Source of the DNA: an uncultured Planctomycetota bacterium | GTDB lineage: Bacteria > Planctomycetota > Planctomycetia > Gemmatales > Gemmataceae | Direction of reading: 5' to 3' | DNA length: 64,000 nucleotides | Assembly: GCA_963750865.1 (NCBI GenBank) | Contig: CAVVSQ010000002.1 | Coordinates: forward strand, 14,231 to 78,230 | In this document: piece by piece, positions 27,715 to 36,820 of the stretch | Layout of the letters: each line of letters begins with the position of its first letter | Numbering within the stretch: the first letter of the stretch is position 1 | Program-made: the position numbers and the translations under genes | Notes under the pieces: generated by a model | What the model saw: the letters and a program-made list of their open reading frames with translations, nothing else | The model's database searches: none | Told to the model about the DNA's origin: nothing

Positions 27715-28191
27715 CTATTCAAGCAGGGGGTCGCCCGGTTTGGAGTGGCTCGCCTTCCACAAAATGGTGCGTGCTTCTGACGTGTTAATGTCGCGCAGCG
27801 CACGCTCGGCATACGGAGTGAATCTGGGGTTGCCGTCGTGCAATACTTCCGCAAGAAAGGGTACGGATTCTGGCAGCGCCGCGATTTCCAGTGCCATCAT
27901 CATATACAAGCGAACGTCTTCGCGTGAATCCGTACGGAACGTTTCAAACAAATCTGAGAGGCAATAAGTTGCATTTTTTGCTAGTTCCTGGGAGATAATA
28001 TCAGCCCAAGCTCCCTTCGCTTTTCTGGCTCGAATCAGGCGGGCGCACTCGGCTACGCCGGGAAAGCGTGGATACCTGCGGCACCAGCATCGGTACTCGG
28101 GATCAATGTCGCGGTCTCGAAAGCATTGCCCATCGTTGCGTGTCCGTTGTGCCAGCTCGCGGGTCATGGTCCTGGACCGGCTACCGCTCAT
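27715..28191 (-). CDS. hypothetical protein with HEAT-like repeats (start uncertain)
   Basis: ORF 27715..28287. VPFLAEVLHDGNPRFTPYAERALRDI resembles a HEAT repeat. ATG 28191 chosen. Confidence 0.4.
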   Translation of the reverse strand: MSGSRSRTMTRELAQRTRNDGQCFRDRDIDPEYRCWCRRYPRFPGVAECARLIRARKAKGAWADIISQELAKNATYCLSDLFETFRTDSREDVRLYMMMALEIAALPESVPFLAEVLHDGNPRFTPYAERALRDINTSEARTILWKASHSKPGDPLLE

Positions 28192-28328
28192 AGTACTACA
28201 GCGCCGTGGTCTACGGAATGACGAGGCGAGAGAGAGGGGGAGTCCCGGAAGACCGCAGGCTTCGCACCTGCCGAGTTCCTGAGCCATTCATGTGGGCCAG
28301 AAGCCTCGTGACCAAGTCCCGTTAATAG

Positions 28329-28441
28329 GTTCGCATCTCCCACCTTGCAAAATCAATAATCAAAAAACTCCATTCAAAATCCCCTGGAAGTGGTTCCATC
28401 CAAGTGCCTCTCCATCTGCCATGTCGTCTTCTTTTTAAGGG
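28329..28441 (+). repeat. 115-nt repeat R2, copy 1
   Basis: GGTTCGCATC.CCCAC....CA.AAT.AATAATC.AAAAACTCCATTCAAAATCCCC.GGA.GTGGTTCCATCC...GTCGTCTTCTTTT shared with 34039..34152 and 35999..36114, all in the same orientation. Confidence 0.85.
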
Positions 28442-29783
28442 TTGCCTCCGATAAAGCCCTCCGAGTTACCCACGTCGATTTACGAGCCACAAGTTTTTTC
28501 AGCCCAACTATCGTCAGCAATGCCGCAAACGCACCAATGGCCCCACCGTAGATTGCCCCGACCAATGCCTGCTCCTGGTCCACCATGAAGGCTTGCGCCG
28601 TGGCCCCCAACATGGCCCCAAAGAAACCGGCAAGAGCTCGTCTCTTCCCGCCCAACACCAATTCGCTCAAAATCGCTCCAACAGCACCGCCGACAAACAA
28701 TCCAACTATCGCCACGAACATCGCCCCAAGCAAGGCTCCGGCCATGACCCCGCCTAAGACGCCCAGGATACCTCCCGAAAACGATCCCGCCTTTACTTGA
28801 TTCAACCTTCCGAGAACCAGCCCGAGCTTTGATCCAGCTTTCCAACCGAGAATCCCAAGCAGCACGGCTCCAGCGACTGCCAGGATACGTGCAAGTTCCA
28901 TTGATGCGAGGAGCGAACCCAAAACACTGCCAATTCCGGCCCCCGAAACAAGGACAACGACCAGGACAACCGTGAACGAAATACTTATTTTGGGAAGAAA
29001 CGATGGTGGGATAAACGGAAGTCCGGGGAAAACCTCGGCTCCCTGGCTCTCAGCATATTCAAAGTTAGTAAACCAGTACGCATAGTCTTCGATCAATTCG
29101 CGGTTCTCGGCATTGTTGCTCCCTTCAAGGTCGGCCAAAGGCAATTCGATTGGTTCGTTGTCCTCGACCCCCTCACAAAGCAGTCCTTCAGTTGCATCGT
29201 CGTCCTCTAGATCAAGCAATTTCGTGATTGTAACCGGGCATTCCTTCTCCATGGCGAGAGGACCGGTTTCGACTATGTATTGAGCCTGAAAAGGAAACGT
29301 TAAATGCGTCGTCAAATACCGGTGATACCGCCGCATATTCTCGTCAGTTGCCACTCGCAGAGGGTCATCGCTTGTCAGTCCGAAAATGGCCCTTATGCGA
29401 TCCACTTGGTTGTTTCGTGACAGAGGCCCTTTGACAAGAGCCGTGGGCCGCTCGATGTTGGTAGGCTGGCCGGTGTCGAATTCGAGATCGTTCTCCTCCA
29501 TCCACATGGTTTCCATTTCCAGACCGTCTCGCTCGCACCTCTTGTTGTAGACTGGGGTCATTTGGTCGATAGTGTCTTGATTCCACTTGACCAGGTAGGT
29601 CGCAGCATCAATCTGTTGAACTGTACCAGCCCAACCGCCAAGAGGAATGTCGGCAAAATCCGGGTCCGTGATACCAGTCTTGACCCTGACTGCGGTGCCG
29701 ACCGGAAACTTGGCACCGCCTTGGGGTATTTCTGGTGAATTGCTCACCGCGAGCTCCGTGTAGAAAGCCTTTGACGAAACCAC
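28374..29783 (-). CDS. membrane protein: soluble N-terminal domains (second one CcbP-like?) plus Gly-zipper-rich TM region
   Basis: Intact 469-aa ORF. FPVGTAVRVKTGITDPDFADIPLGGWAGTV...VKWNQDTI and YHRYLTTHLTFPFQAQY...ELIEDYAYWFTNF recalled from cyanobacterial-type proteins. C-terminal half is GxxxG/A-rich helices. The last 22 codons or so lie inside repeat R2. Confidence 0.65.
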   Translation of the reverse strand: MVSSKAFYTELAVSNSPEIPQGGAKFPVGTAVRVKTGITDPDFADIPLGGWAGTVQQIDAATYLVKWNQDTIDQMTPVYNKRCERDGLEMETMWMEENDLEFDTGQPTNIERPTALVKGPLSRNNQVDRIRAIFGLTSDDPLRVATDENMRRYHRYLTTHLTFPFQAQYIVETGPLAMEKECPVTITKLLDLEDDDATEGLLCEGVEDNEPIELPLADLEGSNNAENRELIEDYAYWFTNFEYAESQGAEVFPGLPFIPPSFLPKISISFTVVLVVVLVSGAGIGSVLGSLLASMELARILAVAGAVLLGILGWKAGSKLGLVLGRLNQVKAGSFSGGILGVLGGVMAGALLGAMFVAIVGLFVGGAVGAILSELVLGGKRRALAGFFGAMLGATAQAFMVDQEQALVGAIYGGAIGAFAALLTIVGLKKLVARKSTWVTRRALSEATLKKKTTWQMERHLDGTTSRGF

Positions 29784-29786
29784 GCC

Positions 29787-30176
29787 TTACAGGTCATCCT
29801 TTCGCGTGATACGCGCATCCAGCGACCACGAACCTGCCCCTACCCAGAGCAGAAATATCGAAGCCAGCAGCATCGCGTAGTCGGTGCGTGCCTCGTGAGC
29901 CATGCTCCAAAAACCGCTTTTGAGCAAAATAGGAATCTTCGTCGTTGAAATCGCAACCAGCATGTTGATTATCATGGTAATGGCGGCGAGGCCAGTAAAC
30001 AACCCAAGGAGGAATAGCACCCCGCACACGATCTCACAAACGCCAACAAAGGGAGCCATGATTTCTGGGGCTGGGATGCCGATTTTGATAAAGCGGCCCA
30101 CGCCCTGGTCGTTTGAAAAGAGGAACTTTTGGATGCCCTCGCTGAGAAAGACGCCACCGACTATGAGACGAATCAA
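29787..30176 (-). CDS. DoxX family membrane protein
   Basis: LIVGGVFLSEGIQKF...APFVGVCEIVCGVLFLLGLFT...LLASIFLLWVGAGSWSLD. Listed start is TTG. An ATG at about 30229 in another frame (MNLFENFWELTH) suggests a possible N-terminal frameshift. Confidence 0.8.
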   Translation of the reverse strand: MIRLIVGGVFLSEGIQKFLFSNDQGVGRFIKIGIPAPEIMAPFVGVCEIVCGVLFLLGLFTGLAAITMIINMLVAISTTKIPILLKSGFWSMAHEARTDYAMLLASIFLLWVGAGSWSLDARITRKDDL

Positions 30177-30296
30177 GATGACGGCGGCAGGTGCGTGAGT
30201 TCCCAGAAGTTTTCAAAGAGGTTCATGTTGTGAAATCCGTGGAGTTTTCCCCGAAAACAGCCGCGTCAGCCACAAGACCAGTCCCACGTCGGGGAC

Positions 30297-30641
30297 CTAT
30301 TTTTCCCTAAGAACCTCAAACAGCGTGTGCAGTTTTGTGACCAAAAAGACTTCGTAAACATGGGTATTGAGGTTAAACAGCGTGAGCCGCACACCAGCGG
30401 CTCTTGTTTTTGTGTGAAGCGTGATGAGCGTGCCCAAATCCGCGCCGGTGACGAACTCTATGTGGATAAAATCCAAGAGGAGATGGCTCCCGCGCCGTCG
30501 CTCGGTTCTTCCATCGAGTTCCCGTGCGAGGGGATTTCCAGCTGCACGATTCCTTCTGCCTGTAAACGTGATGACCGTTACCTGGCCGTTGCGTTCCACT
30601 TTCGGCGGCATATGAAGACAATGCATCAGTTTCTCCTCCAT
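30297..30641 (-). CDS. STAS-domain protein (anti-sigma-factor antagonist-like)
   Basis: ERNGQVTVITFTG...LARELDG.....HLLLDFIHIEFVTGADLGTLITLHTKTRAAGVRLTLFNLNTHVYEVFLVTKL. ATG 30641. Confidence 0.75.
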   Translation of the reverse strand: MEEKLMHCLHMPPKVERNGQVTVITFTGRRNRAAGNPLARELDGRTERRRGSHLLLDFIHIEFVTGADLGTLITLHTKTRAAGVRLTLFNLNTHVYEVFLVTKLHTLFEVLREK

Positions 30642-31247
30642 GAAGAACAGGCTCGCGTTCTCGGTGGGCCTTGGGAATTCGAGGTAGCAGTTTGATTCGG
30701 CTGCTTTCCCGACCACGGGAGAGCGGTAAAAAAATGGCTAGCCGATGCGTTCCGATTTCGGTTCTGGGAAGCTTAAATTAGACCGTTTCAATTAAACGGC
30801 AAGGGAGTCTATCCTTTCACGGCCATAAGGTGCTGACATGGCAGCGATTCCTTCAATTTATTTCGTGAAATCGCACAACCTGATGGCCGAAATTACCAAG
30901 CGCCGGTGGTTTGCAACTGCAGTTAAGAGTCTCCGCCTGGCAGCGAGGGGTCAACTATCTTCAAATATGGCACTCCCCTTGCTGTCGATTTCTTGAAAGG
31001 AGGTTTGCGATGAAACGTGTCAATATCGTGCTCGTGATAGGCAGCTTTCATAGCCGAGCATCTCTTGCTGCTGGCCCTATGACGATCTGCGAATATTGGC
31101 GGGAATAAGCAGGCCAGTGATGCTGCTGTCTGCACCGAGGCCTGTGGGTCCACTCCGAGCTCGTGTGCTACCGACAACCCGATTTGTTGCTTCTTGTGTG
31201 TTTGAAGATACCATAATCCCCAAGGCTTTTCCCCAAGGAGGCGCACG

Positions 31248-31580
31248 ATGGCTAGGAAATCTGGCCCCAATAAATCTGAGGCGATTCGAGAAGTTCTGAC
31301 CAAGAGCCCCGAGATGGCGGTAAAGGAAGTCGTTAGCACGCTTGCTTCGAAAGGCATGCGGGTTATGCCCAACCTGGTGTACTTCATCAAAGGCAAGCTA
31401 AATGCCAAGGCTCAGCGGAAGACGCGAGTGGTTAGGGCAGCCCAGGAGGCGTCCATGGCGGGCAGGAATGGGATTATTGGTGCAGACCCTCTCACGCTCA
31501 TCCGTGAAATCAAAGCCCTCGCCCGCAAATCTGGCGGGATCGGGAACCTGAAGGCGTTGATAGAGGCGATGGCAGAGTGA
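31248..31580 (+). CDS. hypothetical small basic protein
   Basis: AAGGAGG 7 nt upstream of ATG. KSEAIREVLTKSPEMAVKEVVSTLASKGM. No family name. Confidence 0.55.
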   Translation: MARKSGPNKSEAIREVLTKSPEMAVKEVVSTLASKGMRVMPNLVYFIKGKLNAKAQRKTRVVRAAQEASMAGRNGIIGADPLTLIREIKALARKSGGIGNLKALIEAMAE

Positions 31581-31694
31581 TTTGTTGCGAATTAGATTAG
31601 CCGGATTCCGTGAAGCACTAAATGCCACAGCCTGGACTTCACCAACCGAAATACAAATCAGATGTTTTTCCGCGAGGCAGGAGTTTATTGAGAA

Positions 31695-31898
31695 TTATTT
31701 TCGCAGCCTCCACATTGCTCTGAAGAACCCAGACTTCGGGCTGTCAGATGGAACCCGAGCGCTGTACGTAGACGTGTTTTCACGTTGCACTCGAAAACGA
31801 ATGCCTGCGTCCTTTAATGCGCGTTGCCAGGCAACAAACTCGGGCTGATTTGAGGCTGTAGCAAGGCGAACGAGATTATCATGCGGTGAGTCGGCCAT
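31695..31898 (-). CDS. possible DUF2007-like small protein
   Basis: LVRLATASNQPEFVAWQRALKDAGIRFRVQ weakly resembles the putative signal-transducing DUF2007 fold. Confidence 0.3.
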   Translation of the reverse strand: MADSPHDNLVRLATASNQPEFVAWQRALKDAGIRFRVQRENTSTYSARVPSDSPKSGFFRAMWRLRK

Positions 31899-31996
31899 TT
31901 TTGACTTCGTTTTTGCTTGGCACCCAAAGCTGGTCCTGCCACTTTAGCGAATATTGTCGATGGTTGCTTTCTCAAGATGGTGGGAATTGCGGGCGT

Positions 31997-32263
31997 CTAT
32001 TCTTGAGCCATTTTGCGTAAGATGGCCAGACGAGTCTGCACCGCCATAACACGACTCCTTGCCCCAGCTATGAGCGTGGCCGCTCGCGTGGCGTACGGCC
32101 CCGAACTAAAAAGCTTCGTCAGGCAAACGCATTTCTCGTTGACCCGCTTCATTCCGGCGGCACCGTCACGTTGCGTGAAACCGTGTTGGCCCAGCGTGAA
32201 GGATCGCAAGAATTTGCAGGCGTCATCCAGTTCGATTTTCTTGGCCGCGAATGATGTTGCCAT
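31997..32263 (-). CDS. possible hypothetical protein
   Basis: 88-aa ORF. No support beyond its length. Confidence 0.25.
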   Translation of the reverse strand: MATSFAAKKIELDDACKFLRSFTLGQHGFTQRDGAAGMKRVNEKCVCLTKLFSSGPYATRAATLIAGARSRVMAVQTRLAILRKMAQE

Positions 32264-32624
32264 GGTTTTCCTTCACGGGCGGATAATCAGGGAGCGGCGA
32301 TGACAAATCTTGCAAACGAATTTGGCAGGAGCAAGCGAAAAAATCAAAAGCCGACGTGATAGGAATATGCAATTCCTTCGCGTCGGTTTACTTTACGCCC
32401 CACGCATCAGCTATTGGCGAGAGGCAGGTCGTTTGGTCATCCGATAGTTGGTTGCAGGCATCTTAGTTGATCCGGCAGGGAAAACAAGGTGGTCCATCCG
32501 AGAAAGGTCGCCAGACTGTCCATCGTGCCCGAGTCGTCCCTCTTGATTCCGCTGCCGCCTCCTGCGTGGGGAAAAGCAAATCTCGCTCAAAGAACGTTAT
32601 CTCATGACGCTTCAAATCGAGCCA

Positions 32625-33503
32625 CTACACTGTGATATTGTCCTTGCCGCCTTTTTCGTTTGCCTCGGCAATCAACCTCTCACAAGCCCTTTGTGGCTCC
32701 TGTTCGTCATGAAGAATGGCGGCGATGCGGGCATCGGGAACCATCCTGGTCAGGCCATCGGAACACAAAAGGAGAATGTCGACTGGTTCGAGGTCGAGCT
32801 TATGTAGTTCGACGCGAACTCCCGGCTCACGGCCTCCCACGGCGTTTGTCACGATATGCCTGTTGGCGTGACGCGATGCCGCTTGTGGCGACAAAGCTCC
32901 ACTTCGAATCAACTCCGCGACCAGCGTATGGTCATTGGTCAACTGCTGAAGTATGCCCTTTGAAAACAGATAACAGCGGCTATCGCCGACGTGGGCCACG
33001 AATAGTCTCCAATCGACGACAAACGCCATTGTCAGCGTGGTTCCCATGCCGATAAGTTCGGGATGCCGAGCAGCCTCCTCAAATATTCTGGCGTCGGCTT
33101 GCACCAGAGCACCCTGAAACTCCTGCATGACGTTTTGCTCGTCAGAGGGTTTCAAGGGGAAAAACCGCTTGAGGGTGTTGAGCAGGAATCCCTCGATTGT
33201 CAGGACCGTGAGGGCACTGGCCACTTCCCCTGCCTGATGGCCGCCGACGCCGTCCGCGACGATGAAGATATGACCTCGGTGGCTGCTGTATTGGGCTTTC
33301 GCTTGGGGTATGCTCGTATTGTGAACTCCCATGGTCCTCACCAGTTCCACGACGACGAATTGGTCTTCGTTGGTGGGCCGGACACGTCCCGGATGGGTTT
33401 GGCCGAAGCTCCGCACAGAAAAAGGGCGGGGCTTTTTCGTTTGGATTTGAGTGTCGGTGCCAGCGAAATCGAAATCAGTTCTGGATTGGCTCATGACGCT
33501 CAT
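32625..33503 (-). CDS. PP2C-family Ser/Thr protein phosphatase
   Basis: GRVRPTNEDQF...FIVADGVGGHQAGEVAS...GMGTTLT...VAHVGDSRCYL...LTNDHT...LLLCSDGLT...GGKDNITV. Confidence 0.9.
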   Translation of the reverse strand: MSVMSQSRTDFDFAGTDTQIQTKKPRPFSVRSFGQTHPGRVRPTNEDQFVVVELVRTMGVHNTSIPQAKAQYSSHRGHIFIVADGVGGHQAGEVASALTVLTIEGFLLNTLKRFFPLKPSDEQNVMQEFQGALVQADARIFEEAARHPELIGMGTTLTMAFVVDWRLFVAHVGDSRCYLFSKGILQQLTNDHTLVAELIRSGALSPQAASRHANRHIVTNAVGGREPGVRVELHKLDLEPVDILLLCSDGLTRMVPDARIAAILHDEQEPQRACERLIAEANEKGGKDNITV

Positions 33504-33714
33504 CCTACCGCAGCCTTAAAAAATGGTACGCCCACCGGCTCTATCATAAGCGATTAGGCTGTCGATGAATCCACTAAAAAGTTCCGTGCGAGTGCGAGCT
33601 GAGCGGAAGGAACACCGTGCCATTCGCATGACAGGCGGCTCTACTCGGACGATATCCAGCGGGAAACGCTGGCCTTGTGCGTATAATTAAATGAGCGGAA
33701 TCCGTGAGGCCTGT

Positions 33715-34002
33715 ATGAAGAGTTCCTTGCCAGCCTTCGATTTGCTGGAAAAAACGCACGCCTTCCCGTGCCCCTATCTGTTCAAGGTCATCGGCAAGGC
33801 CGATCAAAGCTTCTTGGCAAGGGTTGTCGCCGCGGTGCGAGAAGCATTGCTTATCGAAGTCGATCCGCCGTACCGCGTTCGTGCAGCAGTGGGTGGTCGG
33901 CATCTCTCAGTCACGCTTGAGCCCGTGGTGCAATCCGCCCAAGAAGTCGTCGCCATCTATCATCGGCTCGGCGTCCTTGATGGCGTCGTGATGCTGCTTT
34001 GA
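33715..34002 (+). CDS. YbeD-like (DUF493) protein
   Basis: FPCPYLFKVIGKADQSF...VGGRHLSVTLEPVVQSAQEVVAIYHRL...VVMLL. ATG 33715 preferred over 33691. Confidence 0.75.
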   Translation: MKSSLPAFDLLEKTHAFPCPYLFKVIGKADQSFLARVVAAVREALLIEVDPPYRVRAAVGGRHLSVTLEPVVQSAQEVVAIYHRLGVLDGVVMLL

Positions 34003-34038
34003 TCCAGGCTGTAGGTATCGGGGTGCCTCGGGGTGGTC

Positions 34039-34152
34039 GGTTCGCATCCCCCACGTCTCAAAATTAATAATCGAAAAACTCCATTCAAAATCCCCCGGGA
34101 AGTGGTTCCATCCTGGGACCTCCGCACTTCCCATGTCGTCTTCTTTTAAGGG
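34039..34152 (+). repeat. 115-nt repeat R2, copy 2
   Basis: See 28329..28441. Lies between the ybeD-like gene and the ars promoter. Confidence 0.85.
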
Positions 34153-34179
34153 AGCCTCGGCGGCGCTGGCTCCTTGCCC

Positions 34180-34212
34180 TTGACTTTCATAAATTACACG
34201 TAATAGTGTAAT
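34180..34212 (+). promoter_or_regulatory. candidate ars promoter (TTGACT) with perfect 7-6-7 palindrome ATTACAC-GTAATA-GTGTAAT
   Basis: TTGACT at 34180..34185. Palindrome 34193..34212 overlaps the expected -10 region. AAAGGAG RBS and arsR ATG at 34233 follow. Confidence 0.5.
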
Positions 34213-34232
34213 AGTGTAGTAAAGGAGCCGCC

Positions 34233-34577
34233 ATGAAGACGAAGACCGCAAAGAACGCCGACGCCGGTTGCTGCACCAATCCCGCATTGAAGGAACGCCC
34301 GCTGCTGTCGCCGATCCAGGCGGGCGGGCTGGCGGCGGTGTTCAAGGTGCTGGCCAACGACACTCGCCTCCGTCTTCTTCACGCCCTGGTGCGGGCCGAT
34401 GAACTGTGCGTGACCGACCTCGCCGCCTCGGTCGGGATGAAACCCCAGGCCGTTTCAAACCAGCTTCAACGTCTCTCCGACCTGGGCATCCTGGCGTCAC
34501 GTCGGGAGGGCACCAATATCCACTACCGGCTCGTGGACTTGTGCGTGCGGTCGCTCTTGACCAAGGGCTTTGCCTGA
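34233..34577 (+). CDS. arsR: ArsR/SmtB-family transcriptional repressor
   Basis: VFKVLANDTRLRLLHALVRADELCVTDLAASVGMKPQAVSNQLQRLSDLGILASRREGTNIHYRL. Confidence 0.9.
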   Translation: MKTKTAKNADAGCCTNPALKERPLLSPIQAGGLAAVFKVLANDTRLRLLHALVRADELCVTDLAASVGMKPQAVSNQLQRLSDLGILASRREGTNIHYRLVDLCVRSLLTKGFA

Positions 34578-34676
34578 TGGAAGAGGTCAGCGACCGAAGC
34601 CAGGGCAGGCCGAGGAGTTGTGTTGCGAATGAACGAGCGGGCTGCTGAGGCGGCATCCAACGAAGGAGATGTGTTC

Positions 34677-35063
34677 GTGAAAAAAGTCGTATTCGTCTGC
34701 GTCGAGAACTCGAACCGCAGCCAAATGGCCGAGGCGTTCGCCCGCATTCACGGGGCCGGGAAAGTCGAGGCATTCAGCGCCGGTTCTCGCCCTTCCGGTC
34801 GGGTGAACCCAAAGGCGATCGAAGCCATGAAGGAACTCGGCTACGACCTGACCACGCATACGTCGAAGGGGTTGGACGCCTTCAACGGCAAGGAAGTCGA
34901 TGTCGCCGTCACGATGGGCTGCGGCGACGAATGCCCGCTGGTCCTCGCCAAGCAGCGGGTGGACTGGAAGATTCCCGACCCCAGGGACATGACCCCGGAG
35001 CAATTCCGGGAAGTGCGGAATCTGATCGAAACGAAGGTCAAGGAACTGATTCAAACGCTTTAG
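34677..35063 (+). CDS. arsC: arsenate reductase, LMW-PTP (thioredoxin-coupled) type
   Basis: KKVVFVCVENSNRSQMAEA...FSAGS...VAVTMGCGDECP...DWKIPDP. GTG 34677 sits 8 nt after AAGGAG. An in-frame ATG at 34629 is the alternative. Confidence 0.85.
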   Translation: MKKVVFVCVENSNRSQMAEAFARIHGAGKVEAFSAGSRPSGRVNPKAIEAMKELGYDLTTHTSKGLDAFNGKEVDVAVTMGCGDECPLVLAKQRVDWKIPDPRDMTPEQFREVRNLIETKVKELIQTL

Positions 35064-35075
35064 AAGGGGAACCTC

Positions 35076-35955
35076 ATGTCGCAAGTCATCGAACAAGCCG
35101 TGAAGTCGAAGTATGGGGCCGTCGCCACGAGCGGCCTGTCCACCGAGCATTCCGGCGTCCGCGCCGTGGCCGAAGCGTTCGGCTATTCGCCCGAAGAACT
35201 GGCGTCGATCCCGGCCGAGGCCAACATGGGCTTGTCGTGCGGCAACCCCACGGCGACCGCCAACCTGCGGCCCGGCGAAGTCGTGGTGGACCTCGGTTGC
35301 GGCGGTGGCCTCGACGTGTTTCTGGCGGCGTCGAAGGTCGGGCCGACCGGGAAGGCCATCGGCATCGACATGACCACCGAGATGCTGGAACTTGCTCGCC
35401 AGAATGCCGCCAAGGGGCAGCAACGGCCAGCCGATTACGAACGTCGAGTTCCATCAGGCGACCATCGACAAGCTGCCGCTGCCTGCCGGATCGGTGGACT
35501 GCGTGATAAGCAACTGCGTCATCAATCTGGCTCCGGACAAGCCCGCCGTCTTCCGAGAGATTGCCCGGGTGTTAAAGCCCGGCGGACGGCTGGCGGTCAG
35601 CGACATTGCCCTCAAGAAGCCGCTGCCCGCCGAGATCGGCCAAGACCTGATGGCCTACGTCGGCTGCATCGCTGGAGCCATCCTGATCGAAGACTACCGC
35701 AGGCAACTGCACGAAGCAGGCTTCGCCGCCGTGGAGGTCATCGACACAGGGGCCGACCTCAACGCCTACGCCAAGGTCGAGAACCAGGGCGGCTGTTGCC
35801 CGCCAGCGGCGTCAAGCCTGCCGTTGTCGAAACTGGTTGTTGCTCGACGCCTAAGCCGCGATGACACGTTGCACGCTCGGCTGCTCGATTTGCTGACTCG
35901 GTACAACGTGAACGACTACGCCGCCAGCGTGCGGGTGTTTGCCGTGAAGCCGTAA
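35076..35955 (+). pseudogene. arsM: arsenite S-adenosylmethionine methyltransferase, one frameshift near 35415
   Basis: ORF 35076.. ([44 protein letters not shown]) continues in ORF 35392..35955 ([34 protein letters not shown]...[12 protein letters not shown]...[14 protein letters not shown]). Confidence 0.85.
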
Positions 35956-35998
35956 GCCCCTGGGCTTCTGCGAAAGCGAAAGACGAAGCGAGATAATG

Positions 35999-36114
35999 GG
36001 CTCGCATCCCCCACGTTGCAGAATTAATAATCGAAAAACTCCATTCAAAATCCCCCTGGATGTGGTTCCATCCTGGGGCCTCGCCATCTGCCCTGTCGTC
36101 TTCTTTTTTATGGG
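35999..36114 (+). repeat. 115-nt repeat R2, copy 3
   Basis: See 28329..28441. Starts 44 nt after the arsM stop. Confidence 0.85.
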
Positions 36115-36820
36115 AGTCTTGTTTCAAAGTTTTCTATTCGGTGTTTTTTTGCAGGTGGGTGGGAGGGTGAAAAAGTTTTTGGGAGTCCAGGGGGAAAAAA
36201 TCGGCGAGCATTCTTCGGTGGGATAGGGGAGGGTTCAAGGCGTAAGCGGCAGGGATTCTTGAGATAGCCGACCGCACCAACGTCACAGGTAACATTACCT
36301 GCGGCACGAGGGCCTTTGGCTACTATGAGGGGGAGGCCATTCGGCCTACAGCCGAGGAGCGGGCAAAGGAATTTCGTCGATACCTGCCAGAACATCACAT
36401 GACAGATTAGGAGGTTAAGCGAGGGGAAGTCGGGCCACAAAACCGAGCCCAGCTGCCGCTCGCGGCCATCGCCCAAAGGTTGCGGATTGCAGTTTTTGTT
36501 TACCGGATTGGGTTACCGGTTTCGTTACCGGATTCGGTCCAAAAACGCACTCTTTCGCCGCCAAAACCGTCAGGTCGTGAAAAACCTTTGTTAGTCCGTA
36601 AACTAAGGTAAAGTAATCCTTTACATCTCATTTAGTTCGGCATAACATTGGGAAATGGATTGGCCTAATCTGCTTTCAAGACCGGTGCAATCGGCCGCTC
36701 TGCCACCCCTCCCGTGGTGGCATTCTACTAGAATCTTGACTAGCATAAAAGTTCACCCTGGGCGCTCCGTCGCGAGTCCGGGCTGGAAATTTGTCCATTT
36801 TTGCCGTTCGGAGATCTTTG

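Noticed and set aside
33907-34287. Minus-strand ORFs through repeat R2 (GWNH.QGDFEWSFSIIN) as a small conserved protein
   Set aside because: The frame is open in copies 2 and 3 only and is shifted in copy 1. The ORFs extend into unrelated flanking sequence.
34587-35423. 278-aa minus-strand ORF
   Set aside because: It is antisense to arsC and arsM, which have unambiguous motifs. Its composition is Arg/Gly-rich and it has no domain.
36245-36410. Plus-strand open frame encoding ...ILEIADRTNVTGNITCGTRAFGYYEGEAIRPTAEERAKEFRRYLPEHHMTD
   Set aside because: It looks protein-like, but it has no start codon after the upstream in-frame stop. It is probably a gene remnant and too uncertain to list.
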